From: Gnetum montanum
Lineage: Eukaryota; Plantae; Gnetophyta
DNA: 64,000 nucleotides
Assembly (NCBI GenBank): GCA_015680685.1
Contig: MNCI01000307.1
Coordinates: 201,968 to 265,967 of the forward strand
Reading direction: 5' to 3'
Shown here: positions 12,601-26,400 of the stretch, one piece after another
How the letters are laid out: every line of letters starts with the position of its first letter
Numbering within the stretch: position 1 is the first letter of the stretch
Program-made: the position numbers and the translations under genes
The notes under the pieces: model-generated
Databases searched by the model: none
What the model was told of the DNA's origin: nothing
Seen by the model: only the letters and a program-made list of their open reading frames with translations

Positions 12601-14230
12601 AATACATATATTGTGTTACAACATGAGGGTTTTTAATGACCATTTGTTGTTTAGTTTGTTGTAAATCATTTTTTTTTTTTTTTTGCAACTCTTGTCATAT
12701 GTTTATGTAAGTTAGGTGAATGGATATCAGTAGCACTTAACATGAAAAATATAGTAGCAAATCCAATTTGATTCAACATTGATATTAATTATAAGTGACA
12801 TTTTGACAAGTAAGCTTGTGTACCTTGCAAAGTAGAACTAAATCATACAATTTCATTAACAAAAATCTTGCTTAGATCCTTGCATAATACTTATTTTAAC
12901 TCATTGATATGCATTGGCATTTGACTTAAATTCCATTTAATGAAAATTAAGGCTATGTTTTATGCACGATGTCTCCTAATCATGTTAAAAATATAGTATC
13001 TAAATGTGAGATGTCTTGCAAATCTTCCATCTTTATACAATAAAAGATTTTTTACATATTCATGTAATCGAACTTGATTAGTTCTTAAATCATAGAAATC
13101 TCATTTTCTCGTAGGAAAGAGAGTAGGGAAGGCCATATCAAATAAGCCAAGATAAAAATATTCATTTGATAGAGTTTTATCTATTGTTGGCCAATTAATA
13201 CTTTCTGCAACTTTAATTTTATGTAAGTTAAGCCAATCTTGAATGTGATCATTCTCTATTTTAGTGTCAATTGTATTCATAATTGTCAATTGTGTAAGTA
13301 TACTTTCATCATAAATTTCTTCATAATCATCATTACTTATAATATTTGATTCAATATTATTTGATTCATCTTCTAATTCATTAATATTAATTATTTGAAC
13401 TTTATGAGTGAATCTTACATCATTGTTTTCTGGAAGTTGTTCAATACTTTCCAAATCTATTTCAACATCTTGGTAAAACTTATCATTATGAATTTTAAAT
13501 TTTAACACTGTTAGTACTCTTGCTTTGTTAACAATAAAATCATATGTTCCACTAAAATGATCTTTTCTTTGAACAATAATCAATGGTAACTCTTTTAATT
13601 TTCGAGGTAGGTTTTTTGCTATCTCTTCTACATGTTATGGAAAGCTTATTGTATGACCTTTATATTTTATTTGATATCCACCAACATGTGTAACTTGAAT
13701 TATAGGATTGAGCCTCGTAATTAACATTTATTCAACTTGGGTTAACACTTGAAGTTCACATGGTTGTTCTCTAGGATGCATATTATTCAATATAGAGAAA
13801 AATTTCAGATAATTTTCTTTTTTACATCTTTGACATTTGAATATCTTGTTTTTCTTGGCACGTAACATTGCAAATTTTTTTTCATTACATGTGTTACATT
13901 CAAAATCATTTGTAACAGTTTGAAGACTACTTTGAAATCTTAATTGAACATTTCTAATATTTTCTTTGTCTTTATATTTAAAATTTTCTAAATTTTTTGA
14001 AAGCATATTTCTTGCATGGTTTGGTTGAGTTCATATAATTTTTTTTATTTTTTGCAAACTTATTTCATCATTAGAGTCTGCTAATGTGACATTATTTAGT
14101 TTAATCTCTTCTCTTTGCATTAGCATAAAGGGTGAGTTTTCATAAGTGTTAGTTAGTAGTTTTTGTATATTAGATTTGTAATTCTTTTACGTTTTCTTAA
14201 TGCTTCTAACTCTTCTTTATTGACACTATT
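9632..14230 (-). pseudogene. Helitron Rep-helicase (RepHel) gene, decayed
   Basis: N-terminal CxxC..CxxC and YKGHTISFPQ region; WPTIDKTLSNEY..AFPTLFP; HUH motif SPHVHGFLW (about 12485-12515); NDDRLN..WRANIDWQ..KYIAKYVAK (about 11810-11935); PIF1 motifs IVQGSA, LIDEYSFIG, FGGRSMIFIGDIAQL, LPLKLAWTLTIHKSKGM and YVALS. Many stops and frameshifts. Confidence 0.92.
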
Positions 14231-14732
14231 TCTTTTTGTTTGTTTATATACACGAAAATATTCTATTCTTTTAGCACACATAATATTATATGATATTTGA
14301 CTTTTACTATATTTATAATCTTATCAAAGTAACACTATTATTTGAAATAATTAAAAATCACAATTCCATTTTATTGAAAATATTTCTTTACTACATACTT
14401 GATTTCTGTTATATTTAACTGTCTTAGTAATGATTTTTTTTTTTTTTTTTGAAAAGTTTGTTATCCAAATACTAGTAGCTCTAATAACTTATAGCACCTG
14501 TAATATTTCACCAAAAAAGTATTATCTAATCATTTAAATGACTACATGAACAACAAGTATACTGCATGTAAAATATAGTTTAGTATTATGAAAATCACAT
14601 TCACAGGCACCAAAGATATATAGGAGATTGACTATGTATAATTTATCATCATTAATGTTAAAAATTTATTAATAGAGAAAGGGTAACTCATTTTACTAAC
14701 ATTATAAGACACAATGTATGCTAAAGTTTATG

Positions 14733-15507
14733 GATCTTCATTATAATCAGAATCTCCAACATAAGGACTTGATGGAGTGGATGTTGCAAGTCTTCCAATG
14801 TTAGTCCACCACTAAGTTCAATATTCAAGATGCATAAATCATACGTGAAAGGTGAAGTTGTATTCTCTATCTACACATTGTCTTGCCAAAAGTAACTTAT
14901 ATCCCGCTTGTTTGTTATATACACTACTTGATAGAAAGAAAATCTTAATGGACTGCAAATGACATGTCTTCTTTCTATAGTGAAAAATAAGTAATAACTC
15001 ATGCTTGTCAAACCAAAGCTATGTGTGTATATATTTTTAACTCTAGGATCTATATAGAAGAAATAATCATTATGATTTGCACCTTCAAAAGAGGAAGAAT
15101 TTTCTATCATCAAATATGGATTATGACCAAAATCTTTCCACCATTCAAACCATGCATTGTTAAGTATATTAAATGGATTAATCTCAATTTCATAACAAAA
15201 ATATGAATTTCCAAATTTGTAAAATGGCCATAGCCACCAATTATTTTTCATGTTGCTCATGTTCTAAATTCAAAAATATACTTGCTGGCAATAATTTCTT
15301 GATGAATTGATTTGCCCATCCTTGTATTGCATTTTGGTGATGCAACCTAGATTCATAGACAAAGTTTTTGAAACTAGATCCGTATCGTTGAGAATGAGTT
15401 TTCATTGCAACTGGTGGCATACATTCATCTAGACCTCCACTATTCCAGTTCATTAGTAGATGGGAAGATCGTTCTTGCCAACCTTCCCTAATTAGATATG
15501 ATCTCAT
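14733..15507 (-). pseudogene. Frameshifted ORF with resemblance to endogenous caulimovirid (florendovirus) ORF2
   Basis: ORFs 15241-15507 and 14871-15260 plus a shifted tail give AIQGWANQF..NNWWLW..AWFEWWKDFGHNPYL..YFWQ..LEY*T*WWTNI..DYNEDP*. The spacing of the Trp motifs recalls florendovirus ORF2. Confidence 0.35.
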
Positions 15508-16146
15508 TTTATCCTTTTATTTTTAGTCTATCCTTTTTTTTAGTGAATAATCTAACACCAAAAGTAGTCCTCCAAGTACTGAAAAGAGTTGAATTACAAA
15601 TAGGATGCAATGGACACAAACTAAAATATTTCAAAGTTTAATAGCAGTTGTAGCAACAACTGACCAAATATCTTTCAAAATTCATTTTTTAAAAAAGAGC
15701 AATACAAATGTGGGCTAGCATCAATGATATAAGACAATAAAAAGAAAGAAAGCTTAAAAATGATGATAGTCCAATATTTCACTTTGAAATTGTATATCAG
15801 GGTAAGAAAGTTTCTAATCCAATACACTCAAAGCAACCTTTGAAAATATGCATAGCCAATATAAACTTAAATTTGTTATATAAAAACATAACACTTCCAT
15901 AAAGAATAATGAAGCCAAACATGCCTTCATATGCAAGTATGGTATGAAAGATGGCAGACATGTAATGTCCACCAAATAAAGATAATCTTCATGTGGAAAT
16001 CTTCTCAATAAAGATAAGATTCCTATGGAAATATTATCAAGATTAGATTTGTCCAAGTAAGCAAGCAAGAAATAGCCTACAAAATACTTGCTAATACATA
16101 AAAATATAAGTTACATTTTCTTAGAATTTCTCAGAGATTAGCAACT

Positions 16147-16498
16147 ATGACCAAGGCTCATTAGCTAGTTTTGGTTTTGGCTCTACTAGTTATTGGTTTG
16201 TGGTTTGCAAGAAAAGCCCTAGCAAAGAAGGGTAAGGTTTGTGACAAGGGATATGAATGCAAAGGAGAGTACTAATGCAACAAAACCATTTTCCAAGTTT
16301 TCAAAGTAGATCAATTTGAAAATCTATTTTAGGAGAGGAATAACCCAATGGCACATGTAGTAGATTTCTAGGACTGCTACTACTTTATCACTACCTCTAT
16401 CCAGTTCCAAGACATTGGCTTCCATATTACAAGAGGCTTCCTGATGCAGTAGCTTGAGCTTGTTGCATTTTTTTCCCACATTACATCTGAAACCAACT
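16147..16498 (+). pseudogene. Chitinase-like protein (GH19, CTL1/CTL2 family) exon 1 fragment, copy A
   Basis: Signal peptide then KKGKVCDKGYECKGEY*CNKTIFQVFKVDQFENLF*ERNNPMAHVVDF*D..FIT..GF..MQ*LELVAFF, ending at a gtaag donor. It matches the CTL N-terminus (KVCxxGWEC..YCCNxTI..FxxRNxPxAHAVGFWD). Confidence 0.88.
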
Positions 16499-18139
16499 GT
16501 AAGATCACTCACTCTTAATCCTTGTGTTTATTTTCCTCTATTTTTTGGGTGTTTGGTTTTAGTTATGTTTTTTGAAAATCCTCTTTGTGTTTCCTCCTAT
16601 TAGTTATCTTTTTGATCCTTATTTTAGGATTTGCACAAGAATTGGCTCTCGGTATTGATGGTTGTAATGTCATCTAGATCCTTGATAAACATCAAGCATT
16701 TAGAGAAAGCTATAGTTTCCATTGGCTAAGAATGATTGGTATTTGAAGGAAACATAGTGATCCAGGTATGTATGACCATCTATTTTAACATAACGAAGAT
16801 TTTCTTCTAGCTTAACTCTTTGCCAGTTCTAAATTTTAGCATAATAATTAGCATTGCTACTTAGGTTTCATGCAAATGACATTTAAATTTGTGTCACATA
16901 AAAAATTTTGTTTTGTTAGAATTTACTTTATGCTAATTGTAAAAAATATAAATAGTTGTTTCAAAACACTATGTTTGGTCCTGAAGCAAGGCCACAACAT
17001 TGTTGTGCATGGCTTGGTGTTGCAAGTAGTTTCCCTGATAATTCTGCTATTGGTGTGTCTAAAGAGGTAAGACAACAATGTAAATGTTTGGCATATGTGG
17101 CCAAGATTGTCTTCGTAATTCTCTTTATATCATTGTGCAAATGATTCAAATAACAAAAGTGTTTAGAGAATAGGGTGAGTATGCTAACAAAAGAAGTAAC
17201 ACTATGCAAGGACATTTATGATGTTTTTCTTCATTATCCATTTCAAATTGGTAATGTGTAATCAAAACTTGTGTTTTTTGGCCCATCCATATTTTTATAA
17301 TCAAATTTTCTCCACACAACTAAATTTTTACTGAACATACATAAAATTAATACTTTGTATAATACAAACAAACATATTTTAAGTTGACAAATTAAAACTA
17401 GTGACTATGGAAGGACACACTCAGCCCTGTAATGTAGTTTATTCATTTTGAAATAAAAAGTTTGGCCTACTTCAATTTCAATGAGGCTATTTGTTAGCAA
17501 ATAAAAAGGCAACAACATAATAAATATGTAATCAGTGATCATATTGTTCTGGATTATAACAATCAATACTAGATTCATGGATTAAATTGTTGATGTTGAA
17601 ATTTGGCCATGATGCAATTGGGTATGTGGAATCTCTTCTAAATCCATTATGGGTGGATTGGAAGGACTAGTAAATATCCTAGACTCTAAAACTGGTTTTG
17701 GTTCGTTAGAAAATAAGGTTTTTTGTAGCATATACAAATAATTTGAGGCATAGTCCTTTTAAACTTCATCATTTTTTGGGAAAATGACAACTATTTTTTG
17801 CATGATCTTATAGATTTTGTCAAAACAAGTTGCTATTTGTATAAATAATGCAAATTAGGTTCTAATACTATCTAACAAAGCAATAAAGAATATGATAGAT
17901 TTCGCTTTCCTAGGACATGAGAGTGAACCTGGCAATCAAGATGCAATCAAGATGTAAGATGTAGTAACCAATGGTTTTATGTCAATGACTATTTAAAATT
18001 TTTTTGGTTCAATATAATTGTTCATGTCACAATAGTCTGGAAGCTACTATGCAGAGGCTTACAAGTCTCTGCTCAGAAAAGTCTTTGCTCAGTAATAATG
18101 AGGAAAAAACTAATGGGTATTTTAGCTAAAACTTTGTCT

Positions 18140-19292
18140 TTGTGTAACGATAAAATCATATGTTCCACCAAAATGTTCTTTTCTTTGAACAATAGTCAAT
18201 GGTAACTCTTGTAATTTTTGAGGTAGGTTTTTTGCTACCTCTTCTACATGTTGTGGAAAGCTTATTGTATGACCTTTATATTTTAGTTGACCTCCTCCAA
18301 CATGTGTAACTTCAATTATGGGATTGAGCCTCACAATTAACATTTCTTCAACTTGGGTTAACACTTGAAGTTCACATGGTTGTTCTCTAGGATCTATATT
18401 ATTCGATATAAAAAAATGTTTAGGATAGTTCTCTTTTTTACATCTTTGACATTCGAATATGCTATTTTTCTTGGTACGTAACATTGCATTTTTTTTTTCA
18501 TTACATGTGTTACATTCAAAATCATTTATAATAGTTTGAAGACTATTTTGAAATCTTAATTGAGCACTTTTAATATTTTTTTTGTCTTCGTATTGAAAGT
18601 TTTCTAAATTTTTTGAAATCATATTTCTTGCATGGTTTGGTTGAGTTTATATAATTTTTTTAGTTTTTTAAAACTTATTTGATCATTATAGTCTACTAAT
18701 GTGACATTATTTAGTTTAATCTCTTCTCTTTGCATGGCATAAAGGGTGAGTTTTCATTAGTGTTAGTTATTAGTTTTTGTCATTTTCTTATATTAGATTT
18801 GTAAATTCTTTCACATTTTCTTAATGCTTCTAACTCTTCATTATTCATGCTATTTCTTTTTGTTTGTTTATATACAAAAAAATATTCTATTCTTTTAGCA
18901 CACATAATATTATCTATTATTTAACTTTTGCTATATTTATAATCTTGTCAAAGTAACACTATTATTTGTAATAATTAAAAATCACAATTCCATTCTATTA
19001 AAAATGTTTCTTTACTGCATACCTAGTTTTCATCATATTCAACTGTCTTATTAATGAAATTTTTTTTGAAAAGTTTGTGATCTAAATATTGGTAGCTCTA
19101 ATAACTTATAGCAACTGCAATATTTCACCAAAAAAAATACTATCTAATTACTAAAATGACTACATGAACAACAAGTATACTACATGTAAAATATATTTTA
19201 GTATTATGAAAATCACATTCATGGGTACCAAAGACATATAGGAGATTAACTATGTAGAATTTATCATCATCAATGTTAAAATTTTTTTAATA
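18140..19292 (-). mobile_element. Duplicated 5' portion of the Helitron (Rep N-terminus and upstream region)
   Basis: Colinear with 13525-14673. ORF 18122-18622 parallels 13728-14006 and 13101-13583. Confidence 0.9.
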
Positions 19293-20840
19293 CTTTTGAA
19301 TTATCTAACCACTCTACATGATCCTTGATAATAATAAAAACTCAGCTTTAGCTCCTATAACAAAAAATTAATATAATAACCTAAAATTTTGCAAACCAGG
19401 AATTTAACCACTATTATCCATCATCCTTTTAATAGTAAACAAGAATCAAGAACAGGCTTGGATCATAAATTTGGTGTGTCCTATAAGCCCAACAAAAAAA
19501 TAATTCCATGGACATATATATGGTTTTGCAGCATTTGATTGGTTGTTGGGCAGCCTAGCCCAAACAAACAACATTGTTGTGGCCTCCAAGTGTATAGATC
19601 TTGAGCAGTAGGAAAATTGTTGTGATCCACAAATATTATGATGTGGGGAAAAATTGAAGCTTTTTTGCTCATATATGTATGATATGCTATCTTCATAGAT
19701 TTTTGTGTCGGGGTGGCTTGGAATAGAGCTAATAATGAATAAGCACTTAAATTCATGCAAATATGTTGTACATTTTTGGATGACTTGAAGCAAAAGAATT
19801 AATAGGAAAGAGTGATGAGATGAGACTCATGGAAGAGACTAGTTCATGAACTAATCCCACATTCCCATCCTATCCCTTCCCTTCCCTAAATCCATCAGAT
19901 AATTCATTCATTAATTATTCACTGGTTCACCTTTTTTTCTTGGAATAAAATCATTTCTATGCAAGTTTCACACCCTAGCCCTCATGCCTATATATGCATT
20001 GCTAACTAATGTGACAACAAAGTACTACTAATGGTAATGTGGCGAAGATATTTTTGGATTCATGGGTTATTTTCCAAAAGGTAAGAGAGACGGAAAGCTA
20101 CAAAAATACAATCTAAGCAATTATTCATGTGTAGTGTAGTAACAAAAGACTATAGGAGATCTGCCAGATGTTGACACAGCCACCTACAAAAATTGATTAG
20201 TCAAAAAATGCAAGAATGAATACGCCAACCAATGAACAAGGAACTATCTTTTACCATGGCTACCCACCTCTGACACATTTTCTTCTTGTAATATGAGTGT
20301 GGACTATCAATCATGATATAAGACAACAAAAAGAAAGAAAACTTAAGAATGATAATATTCTAATATTTCACTTTGAAATTGTATATCAAGGTAAGGAAGT
20401 TTCTAATCCAATCTGTACACTCAAAAAAACATTTGAAAATATGCATAAACAATATAAACTTAAATTTTTTATATAAAAATGTAACATTTCCATGGAAAAT
20501 AATGAAGCTAAACATGGCTTCATATGCAAGTATTGTATGCAAGATGGCACACATGGAATGTCCACCAAATAAACATAAGATTCATGTTAAAATATTTTGA
20601 ATAAAGATAAGATTCCTATGGAAATCTTATCAACAAAGATCATATTTTTCCAGGCAAACAACAGCCTACAAAATACTTGCTAATACATGAAAATCCAGGT
20701 TACATTTTCTTAGAATTTCTGAAATTTCTCAAATCTTGGTAGCTATGACCAAGGCTCATCAACTGTTTCTAGTTCTGACTTTGCTCATTATGGGTTTGTG
20801 GTTTTTAGAAGAAGCCCTGGCAAGGAAGGGCAAGGTATGT

Positions 20841-21676
20841 TAATGAGTGGCTAGGTATTCCTACGCTCAACCATACAAATACGAGTGCCCACGCATGATC
20901 CGGTTGAATTCCAAGAACTAAGTGCTTATGCGCCTTTGTGGAACAAGGATGGATTGATCAATCATTGTCTTCCCAAGCTTACTTGTATAGCACGATTATA
21001 TGGTTAACTAAACTTGAGGTATATGATTTTTATAGTTTTTATGTTTTTATGTCCTAGTGCTACAAAGGGATGAGAGAGATAACTAAGTAACTAATTTTGA
21101 TTTAACTACTCAACTATGCTTTAACTAGTTCTAACACCAGCATCTGTTCTCACTTGTCGTACACATCCTAAACTAGTGCAACACTACTAGAATTACCAAA
21201 CGCTAATCATTACTGGATTACCAAGCATTACACGCATGCTCAAAGTGATCGTACTAAGTGTGCTTACTTAGGAGAGTTGTAGGGTGAGAGAGAGAACATT
21301 AATTAACTAAGGAAAGCATTAAATAACAGTAATAAACATTAATTAATCTATTTTGAATGCTACAAGGTTTATCACAAAGTTTGTCTTTATTGTTGTACAT
21401 AAGGTGTGCTTAGGTACACAATGCTTGAATAAAGATCTGTTCACTTTATGACTCCTACTGCGGGCACTCAGAAATAATTCTATCTCTAGAAAGAAAAAAG
21501 GCAAAAGTTTGGGTAAGGGACTAAGACTAACTATGCAAACCAAGTGCACTCGCCTCTTATTTATAGGCAACGAGGTAGGCCCTGATATCACGTATGCGAT
21601 ATTGCTTGGAAGGCTCTAATATCGTGTACCCAATATCACAGATGTGACATCGTGTACCTGATATTGTGGCTCATCA
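20841..21676 (-). repeat. 3' LTR of the Athila-like element
   Basis: Direct repeat of 29591-30267, adjacent to the PPT. Confidence 0.92.
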
Positions 21677-23419
21677 TACCCCCACAACTAAATGAAAACT
21701 CATCCTCAAGTTCCTTGCAAGATATTGGAAAGGTATGGGATTATTGACTGAATAAGAACTAACAGCAACAAGGAATAACGGACTCAAAGTACTTGGTGAA
21801 TGGATTGACAAATATATTACAACATTGGTGTTCATGCCCTTTGTGGTGAACATTGTACATAGATGACATCCCGACCCTCATCCAATAGCTTGAAGAGAAA
21901 GTAAAGAAAATGAGGCGCATTGTTGTCGACATCACAATTGCGCCTTTCGTTGTTTATCCATAACCACATGACCAAACTTGTTCCTGGTGTAAACACTCCA
22001 GCTCTAGTCCATCCTGAGTGTTTCCTCCTATCCCAGTCCATTGTTCATGTAATTGCCATCTACACACACAACACAATCACGAATGAGCAAGGATAATTAA
22101 ACCATAATGTAGTTGATACCTTGCCTCGATATAAAGCGCATTGGCTGGGTTGTGGTTATGGCAGAAACTAGGTTAGAGGTTTATCACTGATAACTGCCCA
22201 AGGTGTACGGGTGATACAAGTAGTAGAATGGAAAAATTTGTGATAGGGNNNNNNNNNNNNNNNNNNNNNNNNNNNNNNNNNNNNNNNNNNNNNNNNNNNN
22301 NNNNNNNNNNNNNNNNNNNNNNNNNNNNNNNNNNNNNNNNNNNNNNNNNNNNNNNNNNNNNNNNNNNNNNNNNNNNNNNNNNNNNNNNNNNNNNNNNNNN
22401 NNNNNNNNNNNNNNNNNNNNNNNNNNNNNNNNNNNNNNNNNNNNNNNNNNNNNNNNNNNNNNNNNNNNNNNNNNNNNNNNNNNNNNNNNNNNNNNNNNNN
22501 NNNNNNNNNNNNNNNNNNNNNNNNNNNNNNNNNNNNNNNNNNNNNNNNNNNNNNNNNNNNNNNNNNNNNNNNNNNNNNNNNNNNNNNNNNNNNNNNNNNN
22601 NNNNNNNNNNNNNNNNNNNNNNNNNNNNNNNNNNNTTTATTATGTCTAAGGGGTGTGCTTTGAATTTTCACCAGTTTTTTTTTTCCTTTTTTTTTGTTTG
22701 TTTGGAGGACCACACCATGCAAAGACTTATTTGATTTATTTGAATTCTTGATGTTTGGTCATCGGCAGAATGGCAGAGAACCCATGAAAAGCATCCAAGT
22801 GCCCAAGAGAATGGCTAGCACACGTGCATCAAATCCCCTTGAAGTCACACCCTTTTCAACCATTGAATCCTTCCTCAATTTGAAGAATACAAAGCCACTA
22901 ATTCATTAATACGTTTATTTAGAAAAAGGAACAGTACAGTTCCAAAACCAAGGGAGACCATAGCGTTGAATAGAGGAATGGACGATGTGGACTCATTGCC
23001 TATTTTATCAAAAGAACCATATCATAGTATCAAAATTGAAAATCAAAGGTAAAACCCCAATATTAATAATCAACATCATTATAGTACAATCCACCATCAT
23101 GAGCACTTATTGTATGATTAATGGAATTAAATCAAACAAAGAAATAGAAAAAATGTGAACGATGGTAAAAATAAATAAATAAAAATGAAAACAAATGTGT
23201 AAAACAAAAATAAAAAAAGAGTTGAGGACTTAGAATGGTTAGCATTGGTGGCCATCTCCCCCACAATTGAGTTGGAAGGAGGAGATCTGAAATAATAAGC
23301 AAGGTTTTTAACCAATATAGGTAGTATTGGTACTAGTTGTTCTAAGCTCATGGAAAGGTTTGGTTTGTTGGATGTTGACCAACAATTTCTTATCCGGGCT
23401 CTAAGGTTTGTAAATCATC

Positions 23420-26400
23420 ATGGTTCATGAAGGAAAAGTTGAATAAATAATATAAGGTCCTTCCCATAGCATTTGAAATTTAGTGCATTGTGGCATGTGT
23501 GTGGGATTCCAATACAAAACCTTATCTCCTAGTTGATATTTAACTTTCCTAATTTTCAAGTCATGACATCATTTATTGAAGGCCTTATGCAATTCATTAG
23601 ATGATAGGGTAGCTAATCGGTTCTCATCTAGCAAGTTAAGGATCATTAACTGCTCTTTTTGTGCTAGATCAAGGTCAAGGTTGAGATCACACACCATAGA
23701 TAGTGTACAGAGTTCGACTTGAATGGGAAGCATTGGAAGTTTCCCGTACACTAACTCATAGGGAGAGTAGCCTATAGGGAGTTTTCATGTGGAGTGGTAT
23801 TCCCAAAGATCATCATTCAGTTTGGTGCTCCAATCTCTCCTATACTTGTTAATAGTTCATGTCAATATTTTCGTAATCTCCCTATTGGTGACCTTAGCTT
23901 GATTGTTCGCTTGAGGGTGGTATGGAATAGTCAGTTTGTGTTCAACCCCTAAGCATTGCATCAACTTCCAAAACGTTACACCTGTAAAATGTGTGTCATT
24001 GTCAGAAATAAGTGCACAAGGCATGCCAAACCTATTTATGATTCATTTTTGAACAAATCATGCAGCTGTAGATGATGTACAATCCTTAACAGTAGTTGCT
24101 TTTTTCCATTTTGTAAAGTAGTCAACAGCAATAACGATGTAAGCTTTCCCATTGGACATTGGTGTAATGGGTCCCATAAAATCAATTCCCCATATGTCGA
24201 AGGGTTCTAAAGGTTGAATCAATTGTTGCAAATCCTCCATTCTAGCAATCATTCCCCCATCATGTTGATAGTGCTCACAAGATTGGATGAAATTATGGGC
24301 ATCCCGAAACAACGTAGGCCAATAATATCCTGCAAGTAGGATTTTAATGGATGTTCATCTCTTGGCATAATGACCCCCACAAGGACCCTCATGAGCATCT
24401 TGGAGAACTCAAAATTGATTTATATCGGGAACACAACATCATACCAAGCCATTAGAACATGCTTTATAAATTTTCCCATTGATCTCCATAAAATACTTGG
24501 CTCGATGAAGGAACTGTTGTTTCTTTTTAGTGTTTAACTCTTGTGGTGTTTGTTGTGTAAGGAGATAGGTGAGAATACTACTATACCAGTTTGTTTCTAT
24601 GGTCAATTGATTAGTTACTACACCTACAAAGAGGAGTTCATCAAGGAAGTGATCAGAAATTGGATACTCATCCTTTTTGTTGTCCTATCTTAACTAAGAT
24701 AAATGATCAGCAACTACGTTCTCGATGCCTTTTTGATCAATCATTGTAAGATTACGAGCCATCGTATGATGCAAGGGCTCACCATTGGTTTATTCATTAG
24801 GAACCTTATTGCACTATGATCTGTGTGCACAAATACCTTATATCCCAAGAAATAGTGCCTAAATTTTTCTAATGCAAACACTATAACCATTAATTCTTTC
24901 TCTGTTGTGGTGTAGTTAAGTTGTGCACCAGTAATACTCCTACTTGCACAGTGGATGTAATAAGGATGTTTTTGGTCATCTAACTATGTAAGTACAGCTC
25001 CTAAAGCATAGTTGGATGCATCAGTCATTATGTGGAATGGTCTAGAACAATCAAGAGCTTGTAGAATGGGTGTTTCTACAAGCTCCAGTCTTAAAGTTTG
25101 GAAAGCTAGTTCGCATTCCTTGGTCCATTCAAAAGGTACGTCCTTTTTCATTAGTTCAACCAATGGTTTTGCAACCTTTGAAAATTTCTCAATAAACCTT
25201 CTATAGTAGCCGGTGTGTCCAAGAAATTACTAAATATCTTTTACAGTTTCAGGTTGCCAAGTGATTCCTCAGATAACTTTAATCTTTTCGAGGTCTACCT
25301 CTATCCCTGTTTGCAAAATCTTATGCCCTAATATGATTCCTTCTTGGACCATTAAATGGCCTTTTTTGCCAATTGAGCCTTAAATTGATTTCTACATATT
25401 ACTTTAGTACTTGCTCTAACTGGTCCAACGCTTGATCGAAGTTCACTCCATAAGTGGAGAAGTCATCCATGAAGACTTCCACATCATTTCTTATCTACTA
25501 TTGGAATATGCTTAAAAATAATTGTTGAAATGTTGTAGGGGCATTGCACAATCCAAAAAACATCTATTTGTATGCAAATGTTCCCCAAGGACTGGTGAAC
25601 ATAGTCTTGGCTTGGTCTTCTAGGGCTATTTTTATTTGGTTGTACCCATTGTACCCTTCCAAAAAACTATAGTAGTGATGCCCTGTAGTGGTGTCTAAGA
25701 CTTGGCCGACGAATGGTAATGGAAAGTGCTCTTTGAATGTTGCCATATTCAGTAGCCTAAAATTTATGCACATCCTCCATTTACATTCCTTTTTGGGCAC
25801 AATAACTAAGGGACTAACCCATTCACTATCAGCAATGGGGTATATGAACCTAGCTTTCAGAAGCTGCTCGATTTCTTCCTTAACCACTTTCTTAAGCTTT
25901 GGGTTCAATCGCCTCTATAGTTGTCATCAAGGCTTCATGGAGGGGTTGGTGTCAATTCTATGTTGGCATATCCTAGGATTTATTCTAGTTAATTTCTAGA
26001 TATGATCAAGCAAAGGCTTTCAACTATTTGTTTATCACCTCCAACAATCTCTCTTTCTATTAAGGAGCAAGCTTCATGTTAATAATTACTGGTTTTCCAT
26101 TCTTGAGAAACGTGTACTCCATACTTGTGAACAATGGTTTTAACTCAAGGGGCTCCTGCTTAAACTTATTAAGGATTTCCAACTTCCCCTAGTTGATATT
26201 TTCAATGTTAAGACTTAGAAGTTGGCAATGGACTTGCTCTAATGTGTCTATGCTATTAATGTAAGCACAAGTCAAACCCTCAGTTGGTTTCATGCATATA
26301 GTTGAACTGCTCTCTTCATCAGCTATCAGCCATTGGATGCCTTCTTATCTTGTGGTTGTTGCATACAGGCATCTTTGTATATTAGTCACTTGTGCACACT

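Larger units (their letters stand above)
7430..14673 (-). mobile_element. Formerly autonomous Helitron (Helitron2/HLE2-like), termini not resolved
   Basis: Co-oriented RepHel and RPA70-like genes. No convincing terminal hairpin or CTAG end was found by eye. Confidence 0.85.

Noticed and set aside
22168-22734. ORFs of 168-184 aa
   Set aside because: Mostly N gap; only the 3' flank is discussed as part of the extra ORF.
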